Assembly: GCA_026390695.1 (NCBI GenBank)
Contig: JAPLFL010000070.1
Span: 624 to 64,623 of the forward strand
Length of the DNA stretch: 64,000 nucleotides
DNA from: Candidatus Kapaibacterium sp.
GTDB lineage: Bacteria > Bacteroidota > Ignavibacteria > Kapaibacteriales > UBA2268
Direction of reading: 5' to 3'
The position numbers were made by a program, and so were the translations under genes. Below, in pieces: positions 52,109 to 63,473 of the stretch; position 1 is the first letter of the stretch; each line of letters starts with the position of its first letter. Under the pieces are notes generated by a model that did not search any database, was not told where the DNA came from, and was given only the letters and a program-made list of their open reading frames with translations.

Positions 52109-53476
52109 ATGGCTTTTATTCGTTCAATTTCGGGTTTACGTGCAACTATAGGTAACGATTTAACTCCGTTTGTTATTGCAAAATATGTTTCAGCTTTATC
52201 ACAATATGCTCCAGAAGGAGATATTGTTATTGGTAATGACGGCCGCCCCAGCGGGAAGTGGATTGAAATGATTGCAGCAGGAACTCTTGCATCATTAGGT
52301 AGAACGGTTATAATTACCGGCGTTGTCCCAACACCTACTGTACAGCTTTTAGTTGAACAAAGCGGTGCAGCCGCAGGTATAGCAATTACAGCTTCACATA
52401 ATCCCGATCAATGGAATGGATTAAAATTTATAAATTCAGATGGTGTTTTTTTTGATATTCATGAAAATCAGAAATTTTGGGAATTAGTTGATGCCATTGA
52501 TGAGGAGAAGCTTTCTACATCGACCAGCGGCTGTATTTTATACGATTTGACAAGTTTATCGGATCATGTTGAATTCGTTTTAAAATTGTCAATTATTAAT
52601 CAGGTAGATTTCGTTAATAAATTGAAAAATAGAAATTTTAAAGCTGTTGTTGATGCTGTCAATTGCTCTGGTTCTACTGTTGTTCCAAAATTACTGGATA
52701 TTTTAGGTGCTGATTGTATTGAGTTGTATTGCGACGAATCAGGAATTTTCCCTCATACACCTGAACCATTGCCAGAAAATCTTGGAGTTTTAGCTGAAAC
52801 TGTTAAAATTCATAATGCAGATATTGGAATAGCCGTAGATCCGGATTCTGACAGATTGGTAATTGTGGATGAACATGGCAATCATATTGGAGAGGAATTT
52901 ACACTGGCATTAGCTGTACAATCTGCCTTGCATTTCAATTCTATAAACAACACTGATCCTAAGCCGAAGGTTGTTACAAATTTATCATCAAGTTCACTTG
53001 TTGATTTTATTGCTGCAAAATATGGAGCAACCGTCTATCGCTCTGCAGTAGGAGAAATTAATGTTGTAAAAAAGATGAAAGAGACTGGAGCATTAATTGG
53101 TGGTGAAGGTAGTGGTGGAGTTATTCTTCCAGCTTGCCATTATGGGCGTGATTCTTTAGTAGGAATTGCTTTAATTATTGCACTGATAGCTGATACTAAT
53201 AAATCTGTATCGGAACTTATTGCAGAATATCCCGTATTTAAAATTTTAAAGAGCAAACAGGAATTTAAAGGCGATCTTCAACATTATTTTAATAAATTAT
53301 CCAAGGCATTTCCTGATGCTGAAATCAATACCGATGATGGCATAAGGATTGATACACAACGCGGCTGGGTGCAGGTTCGCGCATCCAATACTGAGCCAAT
53401 AATCAGAATAATCAGCGAATCTACAGATGGAGATTATGCTTCTCGATTAATCAAATTAGCACAAGAATTAATTTAA
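52109..53476 (+). CDS. glmM: Phosphoglucosamine mutase / phosphomannomutase
   Basis: ITASHNP, DPDSDR, GGEGSGG, R.SNTEP; substrate specificity not certain. Confidence 0.75.
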   Translation: MAFIRSISGLRATIGNDLTPFVIAKYVSALSQYAPEGDIVIGNDGRPSGKWIEMIAAGTLASLGRTVIITGVVPTPTVQLLVEQSGAAAGIAITASHNPDQWNGLKFINSDGVFFDIHENQKFWELVDAIDEEKLSTSTSGCILYDLTSLSDHVEFVLKLSIINQVDFVNKLKNRNFKAVVDAVNCSGSTVVPKLLDILGADCIELYCDESGIFPHTPEPLPENLGVLAETVKIHNADIGIAVDPDSDRLVIVDEHGNHIGEEFTLALAVQSALHFNSINNTDPKPKVVTNLSSSSLVDFIAAKYGATVYRSAVGEINVVKKMKETGALIGGEGSGGVILPACHYGRDSLVGIALIIALIADTNKSVSELIAEYPVFKILKSKQEFKGDLQHYFNKLSKAFPDAEINTDDGIRIDTQRGWVQVRASNTEPIIRIISESTDGDYASRLIKLAQELI

Positions 53477-53507
53477 CTTTTATTTTTTAATATTTTTAGA
53501 GGTTTAT

Positions 53508-54110
53508 ATGAATAAATTAAAATTATTTTCAATTATCGGCTTAATTGCAGCTCTGGTACTAACTTTTAGTCATACTGCATATTCAGCTAAACAGAAGAAA
53601 GGTGGAAAAATGGACAACCATGAATATGTAATTCATGTTTCGCAAAATGGGAAATTATTGGGAGATATATATCTGAAATTAAAGCCGGAAGTGGCTCCCA
53701 ATCACGTTAAAAGATTTGAAGAATTAGTTGAAAAAAAATTCTATGACGGATGTGCTTTTCATCGTGTAATTCCCGGATTTATGATTCAGGGCGGCGATCC
53801 AAATTCAAAGAGTGGTGCGAGGAATACTTGGGGTATGGGAGACGGCGCTATGCCTAAGGTAAATTCAGAATTCAATAAAACACCTCATAAACGCGGGATT
53901 CTCTCGGCTGCTCGTACAAATGATCCGAATAGCTTTACTTGTCAATTCTTCATTTGCGTTGCTGATGCTGCATTTCTTGATAATCAATATACTGTATTCG
54001 GTGAAGTTACCAAGGGTATGGATATAGCAGATAAAGTTGTTAGCTCTAAAAGAGACGCTCAGGATAACCCTTTTGACAAAATTTCAATGATTGTCGAAAA
54101 AACAAAATAA
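53508..54110 (+). CDS. Cyclophilin-type peptidyl-prolyl isomerase (exported)
   Basis: FHRVIPGFMIQGGDP, QFFI, YTVFG.V..GMD; signal peptide. Confidence 0.93.
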   Translation: MNKLKLFSIIGLIAALVLTFSHTAYSAKQKKGGKMDNHEYVIHVSQNGKLLGDIYLKLKPEVAPNHVKRFEELVEKKFYDGCAFHRVIPGFMIQGGDPNSKSGARNTWGMGDGAMPKVNSEFNKTPHKRGILSAARTNDPNSFTCQFFICVADAAFLDNQYTVFGEVTKGMDIADKVVSSKRDAQDNPFDKISMIVEKTK

Positions 54111-54119
54111 TAATGATTT

Positions 54120-55034
54120 TCAATCATTGTCCGGTGATGTATTTTCAAGTTTAACCAGAACCGGACAATGATCTGAAATTTGACCAGCACTATGTTCTCC
54201 AAGATAAGAATTCACATCAAACATTGATACAGCCATAGGCATTAATCTTTTTTTCACAGAATTTGTAACAATAATATGATCTATTGAATGCCAAGAATGA
54301 TTTTTGCAACTTCTAAGATTATATGTTAAAAATTCAATATTCTTATCAGCCAGCAGTGCTGTGAGTGTAGCATTTTTCTGTCTATCAGGGCTATCATTAA
54401 AATCACCAACAATAATTAAATCTTTTTCTTTACCATGTGCTAAAGTTGAATCAATCCAGTTTGCGAGTACCTGCGCCTGCTCTGATCTTAGATCAATACT
54501 TGCTTCAATTTTTTCTTTTGTATCATCAAAGTGTGAACTTGATTTAAAATGTACGACCATCATTTCCCAATCGAAACTACCTTTCTTTATCCTGAATTGA
54601 AGTCCTGGTCTTGTTCTTTTGAATTGGGTTTGTAGCGGCATATACTCGCCGAGTTCTTTAACTTCAATTCCTTTTCGATAAAGCAGCGCAATTTTCTGAG
54701 CACCGCCTTCTGTGCCAATATAGAATGAAAACTCTGGTAAATATTTTAGTATTTTATTTAAAGCATTAGCATTTTCAATTTCCTCAAGTCCCAGAATATC
54801 GGCACCTGTCTTTTTTATAAGTTCTGCAATATTCCTATAATCCTCTTCAGTTCTTTTTTTCCTGTCATTTACTCCGTCTCCGAGCCATTCAACATTGAAT
54901 GTTCCAATAATTACAAAATCACTGTTTAGCGGAGGAACTTTTTTCTGACATGATACAATAAAAAATACAGTGATCACAACTGCTATAGCTGATCTTACTT
55001 TTATATAATAATTTTTTGTATTAATCTTTTTCAT
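54120..55034 (-). CDS. Endonuclease/exonuclease/phosphatase family lipoprotein
   Basis: IVSC lipobox, TFNVEW, VHFKS, GDFND, DHI, SDHCPV. Confidence 0.88.
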   Translation of the reverse strand: MKKINTKNYYIKVRSAIAVVITVFFIVSCQKKVPPLNSDFVIIGTFNVEWLGDGVNDRKKRTEEDYRNIAELIKKTGADILGLEEIENANALNKILKYLPEFSFYIGTEGGAQKIALLYRKGIEVKELGEYMPLQTQFKRTRPGLQFRIKKGSFDWEMMVVHFKSSSHFDDTKEKIEASIDLRSEQAQVLANWIDSTLAHGKEKDLIIVGDFNDSPDRQKNATLTALLADKNIEFLTYNLRSCKNHSWHSIDHIIVTNSVKKRLMPMAVSMFDVNSYLGEHSAGQISDHCPVLVKLENTSPDND

Positions 55035-55903
55035 TTATCAAATGCACTCTCATTATCAGATTTATAAAAATATCCTTGGATAAAGGCTCTGAAAGTCACT
55101 TTTACATCATTAAAATTATTACACCGGAATAACCAGCTTATCAAGTATCCGAATGGACGAATGATACGAGTGAGCATAGGAGCATCTAAAACGTCGATCG
55201 CTATTATATTTCTGATTATATACTTATGCTTCCAGTTAAAAGTTGAAATTGAATCGGGAATGTTAAGTTTTCGATTCAATCTTGCTTTTGAAGATATATA
55301 TATTTTAAACCCTGCATTGACAGCCCTTACAAAAAATTCAGTATCGTCTGCATAAATAAAAAATTTCTTTTCTGGTAGGCCAATACTTTTTATCAGAGAT
55401 TTATGAAATAAGGGGCCTTCAAACGTAATTCCTTCAGCTCGTATCAAGTTGTTTTCTAAATCAAGTTCCTGAATAATGGATTCCCAGATACTTTTGAACG
55501 GATTAGTCATGTTGAATTTCAAAGTATCATTCAAATAAGGAACAGCATCAGGAGTGTATCTTAGTGGTGTTAATATAATGGTCTCATTTATATCATTCAT
55601 TAAAATACTGAGACAATCGGATTCCGGGACTACATCATCATCCATAATCCAGATATAATCAGTTTCTGTCTGATAAGCCGCTTTGATCCCTGTATATTGT
55701 CCTCCGGAACTCCCAACGTTATCTTGTGTTATAACTGTCAAATCAGTTTGAACAGACAGCCATTCGGCAGTTCCATCGCTTGATGAATTATTTATAACAA
55801 ATATTGCGGATAATTTGTAGGTTTGATTTCTAAGAGCTTCTATTATCTCTTTTAGAAAATTTAATCTATTAAACGTGACTACTACGGCTGCTACTTTTTT
55901 CAT
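55031..55903 (-). CDS. GT2 family glycosyltransferase
   Basis: VVVTFNR, S.DGT, WIMDDD, FFIY.DD.E. Confidence 0.9.
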   Translation of the reverse strand: MKKVAAVVVTFNRLNFLKEIIEALRNQTYKLSAIFVINNSSSDGTAEWLSVQTDLTVITQDNVGSSGGQYTGIKAAYQTETDYIWIMDDDVVPESDCLSILMNDINETIILTPLRYTPDAVPYLNDTLKFNMTNPFKSIWESIIQELDLENNLIRAEGITFEGPLFHKSLIKSIGLPEKKFFIYADDTEFFVRAVNAGFKIYISSKARLNRKLNIPDSISTFNWKHKYIIRNIIAIDVLDAPMLTRIIRPFGYLISWLFRCNNFNDVKVTFRAFIQGYFYKSDNESAFDK

Positions 55904-55908
55904 ACTAA

Positions 55909-57075
55909 TTAAAATTTATTGATAAAATCAGTAAGCTTATTTGAATCATTTTCCCAGTTATATTTATCAATAAATGCTTTATGAGCATTAGCAGCCATAT
56001 CCTTAAGATTTAATTTGACAAATTCATTTAAACTATTTGAAATTATTTCAGGTGTTGTACAGTCAATACTCAGACCAGCTGATGTTTCCGTGAGAACTCT
56101 TTTTATCGGAACGGCTTCAGATCCTATTACCGGTATTGCATTTGCAAAATAATCGAAAATTTTATTATGAATTGTAAAATTATTAAAATCGTTGATCTGA
56201 TATGGCATTACTCCAATATCAAAAGTTTTTAATATTGCCTCTAAGTTTTGAGGTTTATATGTTCCCAAAAATTCAACGCTATGTTTATTTTGTGATTCTT
56301 CAGTGATTTCCTTGAGCTGATCGAGTGATTCACCTGCTCCTGCTATAGTAAATTTTGAATTTGGATAATCATTTACAAATAATAAAAATCCTTTTAAAAA
56401 GATATCTATCTTCTTCTCTTCCGTTAAATGGCCATGATGGCCAAATACAAGATTATTCGGATTAAAAGACCGAGACTGATTATTTGAATCAAAAGATTTT
56501 ACGGAAGGTGTATTGTGAACTTCAACAATATTATCTTTATTAAATTTATAAATATTAACTAAGCGATCACTATTCTCTGAACAAACCGTAATTATACCAT
56601 CGGATGCATCCACGGCTCTTTTCTCTGTTAAAACAGGGAGTTCTAAATTATGTACTGCTAACTTAATAAATATATTTTTTTTATATTTTTTCCACTCCTT
56701 CATTCCTGCAGGATAATTCTCTGCCATGTCGGTAATTGATGGAATATTAAGTTTCCGAGCAACTTTCGCGCTTTGTACAGCAATCATTATTTCTCGAGTA
56801 ATTATAATATCAGCATTTATTTCCTTAGCTGAATCTTCAATCAGACTCTTCCAGTATGGGTTTATCGGAATTGGGAGTGTTAATGCTGAATGTTTCTGGA
56901 ATCCAGCTCTTCGGACAGGTATGTTATCAACTATTTCACGTTCTTCTGCCTCACCATTCCACCTGCAGAGCAGCATTAGCTCTGAACCGGATTCGATCAA
57001 TGCCTGACAAAGTTTTTGAATTCTTACATCCCAGGGATATTGTCCCTTCCAAACAACTAATATTCTCTTTGACAT
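55909..57075 (-). CDS. GT4 family glycosyltransferase
   Basis: YP.DVR..K, G.L...K, NKIFDY.A..IPVI, YNWE. Confidence 0.88.
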   Translation of the reverse strand: MSKRILVVWKGQYPWDVRIQKLCQALIESGSELMLLCRWNGEAEEREIVDNIPVRRAGFQKHSALTLPIPINPYWKSLIEDSAKEINADIIITREIMIAVQSAKVARKLNIPSITDMAENYPAGMKEWKKYKKNIFIKLAVHNLELPVLTEKRAVDASDGIITVCSENSDRLVNIYKFNKDNIVEVHNTPSVKSFDSNNQSRSFNPNNLVFGHHGHLTEEKKIDIFLKGFLLFVNDYPNSKFTIAGAGESLDQLKEITEESQNKHSVEFLGTYKPQNLEAILKTFDIGVMPYQINDFNNFTIHNKIFDYFANAIPVIGSEAVPIKRVLTETSAGLSIDCTTPEIISNSLNEFVKLNLKDMAANAHKAFIDKYNWENDSNKLTDFINKF

Positions 57076-57734
57076 TAGCCTCTGGCCTTGCTTCTTAGGC
57101 TTTTAACCAATTCTATAATAATTGGCACAACTGAAATTATTATTATAGCAATTACTACCAAGCCGAAATTATTTTTAACAAAAGGTAAAGTCCCAAAAAA
57201 ATATCCGGCCGAAATGAAAATTGAGGTCCACAGCAGCCCTCCAACAACATTATAAATAATAAATTTTGAATAGCTCATAGCTCCTATTCCTGCTACAAAG
57301 GGGGCAAATGTTCTTATAATTGGAATAAACCTCGCGATAATAATTGTCTTACCACCATGCTTTTCATAGAACCTGTGCGTCTTTTCTAGATATTCCTTTT
57401 TTAAAAATCTAATATTATCAGTAAATACTCTCTTCCCTATTTTATTTCCAATCCAATAATTAACGGTATCCCCAATAATAGCTGCTATTGAAATAATCAC
57501 AAATAAAACTATGGGATCGAGCGCACCTATTGCGGCAAATGAACCTGCGGCAAACAGAAGTGAATCTCCGGGTAAAAATGGAGTTATTACCAAACCGGTT
57601 TCACAGAAAATGATAACAAATAAAATTCCATAAGTCCAAAAGTGATATTCACTAATAACTAAACCGAGATGTTTGTCAATGTGTAAAAAAATGTCAATTA
57701 AATTCTTTAATCCTTGCATTAGTCCTTGTTCCAT
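57075..57734 (-). CDS. dedA: DedA family membrane protein
   Basis: [39 protein letters not shown]. Confidence 0.93.
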   Translation of the reverse strand: MEQGLMQGLKNLIDIFLHIDKHLGLVISEYHFWTYGILFVIIFCETGLVITPFLPGDSLLFAAGSFAAIGALDPIVLFVIISIAAIIGDTVNYWIGNKIGKRVFTDNIRFLKKEYLEKTHRFYEKHGGKTIIIARFIPIIRTFAPFVAGIGAMSYSKFIIYNVVGGLLWTSIFISAGYFFGTLPFVKNNFGLVVIAIIIISVVPIIIELVKSLRSKARG

Positions 57735-57744
57735 ATTTCTCCAA

Positions 57745-59238
57745 TTATAAAATATTTTTTAAATTTTCTATGATATCTGTAGCTGAAATAGTCATTTCAG
57801 AATATTTTTCTTTATAATAATCCGCTGCAGCCGCATGAACAAAGGCTCCTAAAGCTGTCGAATTGATGGTATCCATTTTCTGTGCCAAAAAACCGGCTAT
57901 AATCCCAGTTAATACATCACCGGAACCTCCACTGGCCATGCCAGGATTGCCATTCAGATTAAAAAAAGTTTTGTCGCCATTACTTATAATTGTAGGCACA
58001 TTTTTTAACAGAATTGTACAATTTAGTTTTTCAGCCCAAATTTGAGTTAAATCCATAGCGTTTTCCTCAATTTCCTGACGACTTAATTTAGTTATCCTTG
58101 AAAATTCTCCGTGATGAGGAGTTAGTACTATGTTCTTTCTTAAAACAGAATTCTCGTTTATAGCTCTGAGAGCATCTGCATCGATTATTAAAGGAATATG
58201 AGCAGATAACTGTGAGAAAATAGCTTTAACAAATTCAATTGTCCGTATGTCCGCTCCTAAACCCGGTCCTATAGCAACCGCATCACAGCCCTGAGCTGCA
58301 ATCATAACGGAATTAATAAAGTTTTCAGTAAATACACCACTTTCGGAATGACAAAAGGTCGGAATTACTTCAGGCATTAGAGAACTATGAATTTTTGGCG
58401 TGTATAAATAAACTAACCCTGCACCTGATTTAACAGCAGCATTAGCCGCAAGTGCTGCAGCACCCGGGTAATTTGCCGATCCGGCAATGATTAGTACTTT
58501 CCCATAGTCAAATTTAGAACTATTTCTTGGCCTTGGCTTTATTATTTTTCTTATATCTAATTTCTCAATTGCGAAAATTTTTGATAAATCTTTGATGATT
58601 GATTGAGGTGCTCCAAGATCAGCAATTACTGTTTCACCGCATAACTCAGCTCCATTGTTGAGTAACATACCACTTTTTATTGCATACATTGTAACTGTGT
58701 AATCAGCTCTGAAACTATGTTCATGTGTCTTACCATTAAGTGTATTCAAGCCTGTGGGTGCATCTATAGAGAATTTAAGAGCGTTTGAAGAATTAGCTTT
58801 TATTAAAATTTCAATAATTAATCCACGTAAATTTTCTGAACCTCCGACTCCAATAAGTGAATCGATTATACAATCAACATGAAAATTAATACATTCCATT
58901 TCAATTTCATGACTTATTATTGATGTTGGTAATCCCATTTTTTTTAAAATCTCATAATTTGTTCTCGTTTCATCACTCATTTTTTCAGAATTACCTAATA
59001 CCAATACCTGCACATCTGAATAATCAGATAAGTGACGTGCAAGAGCCAATCCATCACCACCATTATTCCCAACTCCACATAAAACTAAAACAGATGAATT
59101 TTGTTGAATTTTTGATTTTATAAAATCAGATGCCGACCGCGCTGCATTTTCCATAAGGACAATAGAAGGGATTTTTAGGAGTTCAATAGCGGTAGTGTCG
59201 GCAGTTCGCATTTCACTGGGTTTGAGTATATATTTCAT
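57745..59238 (-). CDS. nnr: Bifunctional NAD(P)H-hydrate epimerase/dehydratase
   Basis: LMENA, GNNGGDG, GPGLG, DADA, TPH.GEF, GGSGDVL.G. Confidence 0.93.
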   Translation of the reverse strand: MKYILKPSEMRTADTTAIELLKIPSIVLMENAARSASDFIKSKIQQNSSVLVLCGVGNNGGDGLALARHLSDYSDVQVLVLGNSEKMSDETRTNYEILKKMGLPTSIISHEIEMECINFHVDCIIDSLIGVGGSENLRGLIIEILIKANSSNALKFSIDAPTGLNTLNGKTHEHSFRADYTVTMYAIKSGMLLNNGAELCGETVIADLGAPQSIIKDLSKIFAIEKLDIRKIIKPRPRNSSKFDYGKVLIIAGSANYPGAAALAANAAVKSGAGLVYLYTPKIHSSLMPEVIPTFCHSESGVFTENFINSVMIAAQGCDAVAIGPGLGADIRTIEFVKAIFSQLSAHIPLIIDADALRAINENSVLRKNIVLTPHHGEFSRITKLSRQEIEENAMDLTQIWAEKLNCTILLKNVPTIISNGDKTFFNLNGNPGMASGGSGDVLTGIIAGFLAQKMDTINSTALGAFVHAAAADYYKEKYSEMTISATDIIENLKNIL

Positions 59239-59420
59239 ACTTATAAAAAATTGATTAATTTGCGATTCTATGAAAGTTGTTCATTTTATTTATCATAATT
59301 ACAAAACTAAATAAAGTTAATGAATTGACATATCTCTACTGTACTTTTTCTTTGGAAAAAATTGACAAGTAACTTTCATAGAGAAATTTCGTATTTAAGC
59401 TGAAGTAAAACAATAAATAT

Positions 59421-61565
59421 ATGATAAAGTTTAAATATTCAATAACACCGGTGGAATCTGATTTCAAGAGAATTCTGTTATTGATATTTTCATTTACTAT
59501 TATTACTTTCCGCCTTATTACCGATTCATTAATTTTTTTAATTTCTGATACTAATTCATCACTTTCAATTATTTGGAAATTTTTTACATTCTTAGCCTTA
59601 GGAGCTTGTTTTTTCCTATATATTTTTTCTAAAAAAGTTGAGACAAACGATGAATTTGAAGATTCTTCAACTATTTTGTTTTTTAAGCTTATTGGTAAAA
59701 ATATTTATTACCTTTTGTTTCTTGCCAGTATATCTATTATTCTTAAATTCACCAGTTCTGATGGGAATCAACCTCAAAATCTATTTGCATTTTTAATTGT
59801 GGAATTGGGTTCCATCGTAAGTCTCTTTTTTATACTGAATATTTTATATTTTATATATTCCGGATTTATTCTCAGACCTCATAAAAGGACTAAAACATAT
59901 CTGAAAATAATAGGCTCTGGCTTTGTCTATCTAATTTTTACCAATTTAATTTTTAGTATTATAAAAGTAAAAAATTCAACTGTCAATGATGTAATATATA
60001 TTGTAATTCTCGTAATTTTATCATTGTTAGTTTTCATTAATACTAAGAAAAACAGTTGGATTGTGGTTCTACCGCGAGGGAAAAAATACAAGGTCTTTTG
60101 GTTGAGTTTCTGTGCAATTATTTTATCAATAACTATTGCAATCGGATCCTTAGCTAATAATGGCGATTTGGGTAAATCTTATTATGTTTTTCTGCCGGGT
60201 TTTCGGGATTTAATCGCTATCAGTCTTATTTTTCTTTCATTTTATTTGCTAAGGATTTTTTTCTCATCTTTTACTTCTCTTCCTACAAGTGGCATAGTGG
60301 AGCGCAAGACTTCTGAACTTAGCTCCCTTACTTATTTAAACAGATTAATTTCCGAAGCAATTGAAATTGACAGACTAATCGATACAGTTACAAAACTTGC
60401 TCTGGGCGCAGGTGAAGCTAATGTTGCCTGGACTGAATTTTATGATTCTGATGGAAGAATGCTTGTCAAATCCACTCAATTCATTAACTCAGAGCAGGTG
60501 CAGTTTATTCATGAAAATACCCCAATTCGAAAATATTTTGATTCAATTTCCAAATCTTCAATTATTGATTCTATTCCTCAAAGTGCAGAATTATCCGAAC
60601 TTTCTCATTTATATGGTGCAGCAAAATCTTTGATTTCAGTTCCTCTGTTTGAATCGGATAAAAGAATAGGGACATTGGTTGTTATTCACTCCGATGAGTA
60701 CGGTTTTGAGCCATCAGATGTCCGAGTTTTATCTGCTTTTGGAGATAATGTCGGAATTGCACTAGAAAATAATAGATTATTAAATTCTGTCATTGAAAAG
60801 GAACATTATAAAAGAGAGCTTATTTTAGCGCAAAAAATTCAGCAAAAATTGCTTCCACAAGATTTACCAACTCTCGCTAATTATTCATTATCCGCCATGA
60901 CATTCCCTTCCGAAGAAGTAGGAGGTGATTATTATGATGCAGTTTTCTTAAAAGACGGAAGACTGTGCATCTTGATCGGTGATGTCTCGGGAAAGGGAAT
61001 AACTGCGGCTTTTTATATGGCACAACTCAAAGGTGTTGTTCTATCAGTGGCAAACGAAGCAACCGGTGCAGCCGATATTCTTAAAAGAATAAATTCTACT
61101 CTCTATGGATCCATGGAGAAGCAGATGTATATCACAATTAGTAGTATAGTGATTGACTCAAATTCAGGAAATATTTCAATTGCCAGAGCCGGTCACATGC
61201 CAACATTAATTAAAAATAAAGGTAAAGTTCTAATGCTAACTCCTAATGGGCTTGGGATTGGACTTGTAAGCAGCAAAGTATTCGATCGTGTAATTGAAGA
61301 GCGTCAGGAGCAGCTTTTCAAAGGTGACATGTGCTTACTTTTTACGGACGGGGTCAACGAACATAGAAATAATTTAAGTGAAGAACTTGGGTATGAACCT
61401 CTGATAAAAATATGCGAAGAGCCCAGCACTGAGGATTCATCTACACTTTTATTAGATTTATATAAAAAAGTAAAAGATTATGCTGACGGTGCTTTACAGC
61501 ACGACGATATGACAATTGTCTCGCTTATATACAAAGGACAAGATATTGGTACGGTTTTTGAATAA
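59421..61565 (+). CDS. Membrane-bound GAF + PP2C (SpoIIE/RsbU-like) phosphatase
   Basis: About 8 N-terminal TM helices, GAF-like segment, GGDYYD, GDVSGKG, FTDG, DDMT. Confidence 0.9.
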   Translation: MIKFKYSITPVESDFKRILLLIFSFTIITFRLITDSLIFLISDTNSSLSIIWKFFTFLALGACFFLYIFSKKVETNDEFEDSSTILFFKLIGKNIYYLLFLASISIILKFTSSDGNQPQNLFAFLIVELGSIVSLFFILNILYFIYSGFILRPHKRTKTYLKIIGSGFVYLIFTNLIFSIIKVKNSTVNDVIYIVILVILSLLVFINTKKNSWIVVLPRGKKYKVFWLSFCAIILSITIAIGSLANNGDLGKSYYVFLPGFRDLIAISLIFLSFYLLRIFFSSFTSLPTSGIVERKTSELSSLTYLNRLISEAIEIDRLIDTVTKLALGAGEANVAWTEFYDSDGRMLVKSTQFINSEQVQFIHENTPIRKYFDSISKSSIIDSIPQSAELSELSHLYGAAKSLISVPLFESDKRIGTLVVIHSDEYGFEPSDVRVLSAFGDNVGIALENNRLLNSVIEKEHYKRELILAQKIQQKLLPQDLPTLANYSLSAMTFPSEEVGGDYYDAVFLKDGRLCILIGDVSGKGITAAFYMAQLKGVVLSVANEATGAADILKRINSTLYGSMEKQMYITISSIVIDSNSGNISIARAGHMPTLIKNKGKVLMLTPNGLGIGLVSSKVFDRVIEERQEQLFKGDMCLLFTDGVNEHRNNLSEELGYEPLIKICEEPSTEDSSTLLLDLYKKVKDYADGALQHDDMTIVSLIYKGQDIGTVFE

Positions 61566-61670
61566 TTTTGTTGCGGTTTTCTTTTTTTGATTAGTTTGTT
61601 TGAATAAATTGTATTTTGCCGAATAAAGAATTTTGAAAATTAAAATAGCGTTTCGGAGAACGCAAAAAGT

Positions 61671-62048
61671 ATGGGAAATGATTTGAAATTTGCTATTGAA
61701 TGCAGGACAAAAGGCGATATTAACTGCATTGAACTTTCCGGATATCTTGATGCTCATACCGCCCCTCAATTAGAGGATGAAATTCATGATCTTGTCAAAT
61801 CCGGCAAAAATAAGATTATAGTTAATTTTAATAATCTTGATTATATCTCAAGTGCAGGACTGGGAGTTTTCATGGCATTTATCGAAGATGTCCGTTTTTC
61901 AGGTGGTGATATTAAATTATCATCAATGAGACCGAAAGTCTTTTCGGTGTTTGACTTGCTTGGCTTCCCAGTTTTGTTTGATATTGTTCAAAATGACGAA
62001 GCAGCTATTGAAAAATTTAATTTAAATCCAATTAATGGTAATGAATAG
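61671..62048 (+). CDS. STAS anti-anti-sigma factor (RsbV/SpoIIAA-like)
   Basis: G.LD..TAP, LDYISSAGLG with phospho-acceptor Ser. Confidence 0.92.
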   Translation: MGNDLKFAIECRTKGDINCIELSGYLDAHTAPQLEDEIHDLVKSGKNKIIVNFNNLDYISSAGLGVFMAFIEDVRFSGGDIKLSSMRPKVFSVFDLLGFPVLFDIVQNDEAAIEKFNLNPINGNE

Positions 62049-62490
62049 GAAAGATTCAACATATTATAAATTTAGGTGCGGTTCTTCCGAATATAGCGAA
62101 CTTGCTAAGATTCGTGATTTTATCAGCGAGAACGCACTTGGTCACGGAATTGGTGAGGAGATTGTATCAAAAGTAGCCCTTGCTGTTGATGAAGCCTGTG
62201 CCAATCTGATCAGACATGCCTATAAACTTGATAAGTCACATGAAATTTGTATTTCGTTACAAATAAATCCAGATAACTTAGAAATTGATATTCTTGATGA
62301 TGGACAACCATTTAATCCACTTGAAGTACCCACTCAAAATATGAAAGATTATTTCGACCGTTATCAAAAAGGTGGATTAGGAATCCATATAATAAAAAAA
62401 ATAATGGACGAAATAGTCTATATTCCATCCGATACTGATCATCCCCAAAACATACTCAAACTGATCAAACAAGTGAAATGCAATTGCTAA
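62035..62490 (+). CDS. Anti-sigma factor / serine kinase (RsbW/SpoIIAB-like)
   Basis: LAVDEACAN.IRHAY, DDGQPF, GGLG...I...MDE. Confidence 0.92.
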   Translation: MVMNRKDSTYYKFRCGSSEYSELAKIRDFISENALGHGIGEEIVSKVALAVDEACANLIRHAYKLDKSHEICISLQINPDNLEIDILDDGQPFNPLEVPTQNMKDYFDRYQKGGLGIHIIKKIMDEIVYIPSDTDHPQNILKLIKQVKCNC

Positions 62491-63473
62491 TACTCTCTCC
62501 CCGACAATTTATTTATCATCCAAACCAGCATATCTTTATAATAGCCATCTTTCAACGAAGACAGAGCATCAGCCGCAGTTTTAAAACGATTTGTCATTTC
62601 ACTTTTTGTTGATTTTATCGCTCCCGATCTTTCCAACAAATCCTGCATTTGACAAATATATTTTTCATCCAAACCTTTCTCAGCAAAAAATTTCCCAAGG
62701 AGATTAATATCTTCGTCTGTTTCAACCAATTCTTTGGCTTTAAGAACTATATATGTTTTCTTCCCTTCAATAATATCTTGTCCGATTTTTTTGCCAAATT
62801 TCAATTGCTCTGCCGTTAAATCAAGAAGATCGTCCTGAAGCTGAAAAGCTATTCCCAAAGAGCGTGCAAAGGTCTCTATTACTCTGATTTCATTTTCGCT
62901 GGCAATACCAAAATGCGCTCCCATTAAAGCTGAAGCGGCTAATAAAGAAGATGTTTTTTTATTTATCATATTAAAATAATCATCAATTGAGAAATCGGGA
63001 TTATCAGAGGAATCCATATCAAGTACCTGCCCTTCGCAAACCTCGATAAGAGCCTGTGTCAGTTGATTCTGTATTTCCTGCCCGCGCAAGTGAGCTTTGG
63101 CTGAGGGCAATAATTTATAGGCATATCCGATCATTATATCACCAAGCAGAATGGCACTGGCTTCATTCCATTTTATATGCACAGTTTCGCGGCCACGGCG
63201 GATGGGAGAACGATCCATAATGTCGTCATGAACAAGAGTGAAATTATGGAGAATCTCGATAGCAGCTGCAAGGGAAGTAGCTTCTTCTGGATCTGCACCG
63301 ACCGCACCTGCACAAACCATTGTTAATACCGGACGGATGCGTTTTCCGCCGCCACTCATAATATAACGAAATTGTTCATAAAGTTCGAATTCATTAGATT
63401 CAGGAATAGTTTGAACTATCTTTTGTTCTGCTTTTTTTAAGAAAAGATCGTATTGTAATTGAAAATCTTGCAT
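62487..63473 (-). CDS. Polyprenyl diphosphate synthase
   Basis: GGKRIRP, HDDIMD..RRG, GQ..D, KT, FQLQDDLLD. Confidence 0.93.
   Translation of the reverse strand: MQDFQLQYDLFLKKAEQKIVQTIPESNEFELYEQFRYIMSGGGKRIRPVLTMVCAGAVGADPEEATSLAAAIEILHNFTLVHDDIMDRSPIRRGRETVHIKWNEASAILLGDIMIGYAYKLLPSAKAHLRGQEIQNQLTQALIEVCEGQVLDMDSSDNPDFSIDDYFNMINKKTSSLLAASALMGAHFGIASENEIRVIETFARSLGIAFQLQDDLLDLTAEQLKFGKKIGQDIIEGKKTYIVLKAKELVETDEDINLLGKFFAEKGLDEKYICQMQDLLERSGAIKSTKSEMTNRFKTAADALSSLKDGYYKDMLVWMINKLSGREY

Noticed and set aside
48138..55034. Anti-phage defence or prophage module (AAA ATPase, ComF, EEP nuclease)
   Set aside because: The genes are ordinary ClpC, ComF and an exported EEP lipoprotein among housekeeping genes, with no integrase, structural or defence motifs.
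1023..61769. The many 60-145 aa ORFs nested in or antisense to long genes
   Set aside because: They overlap well-supported CDSs and show no motifs; treated as shadow ORFs.
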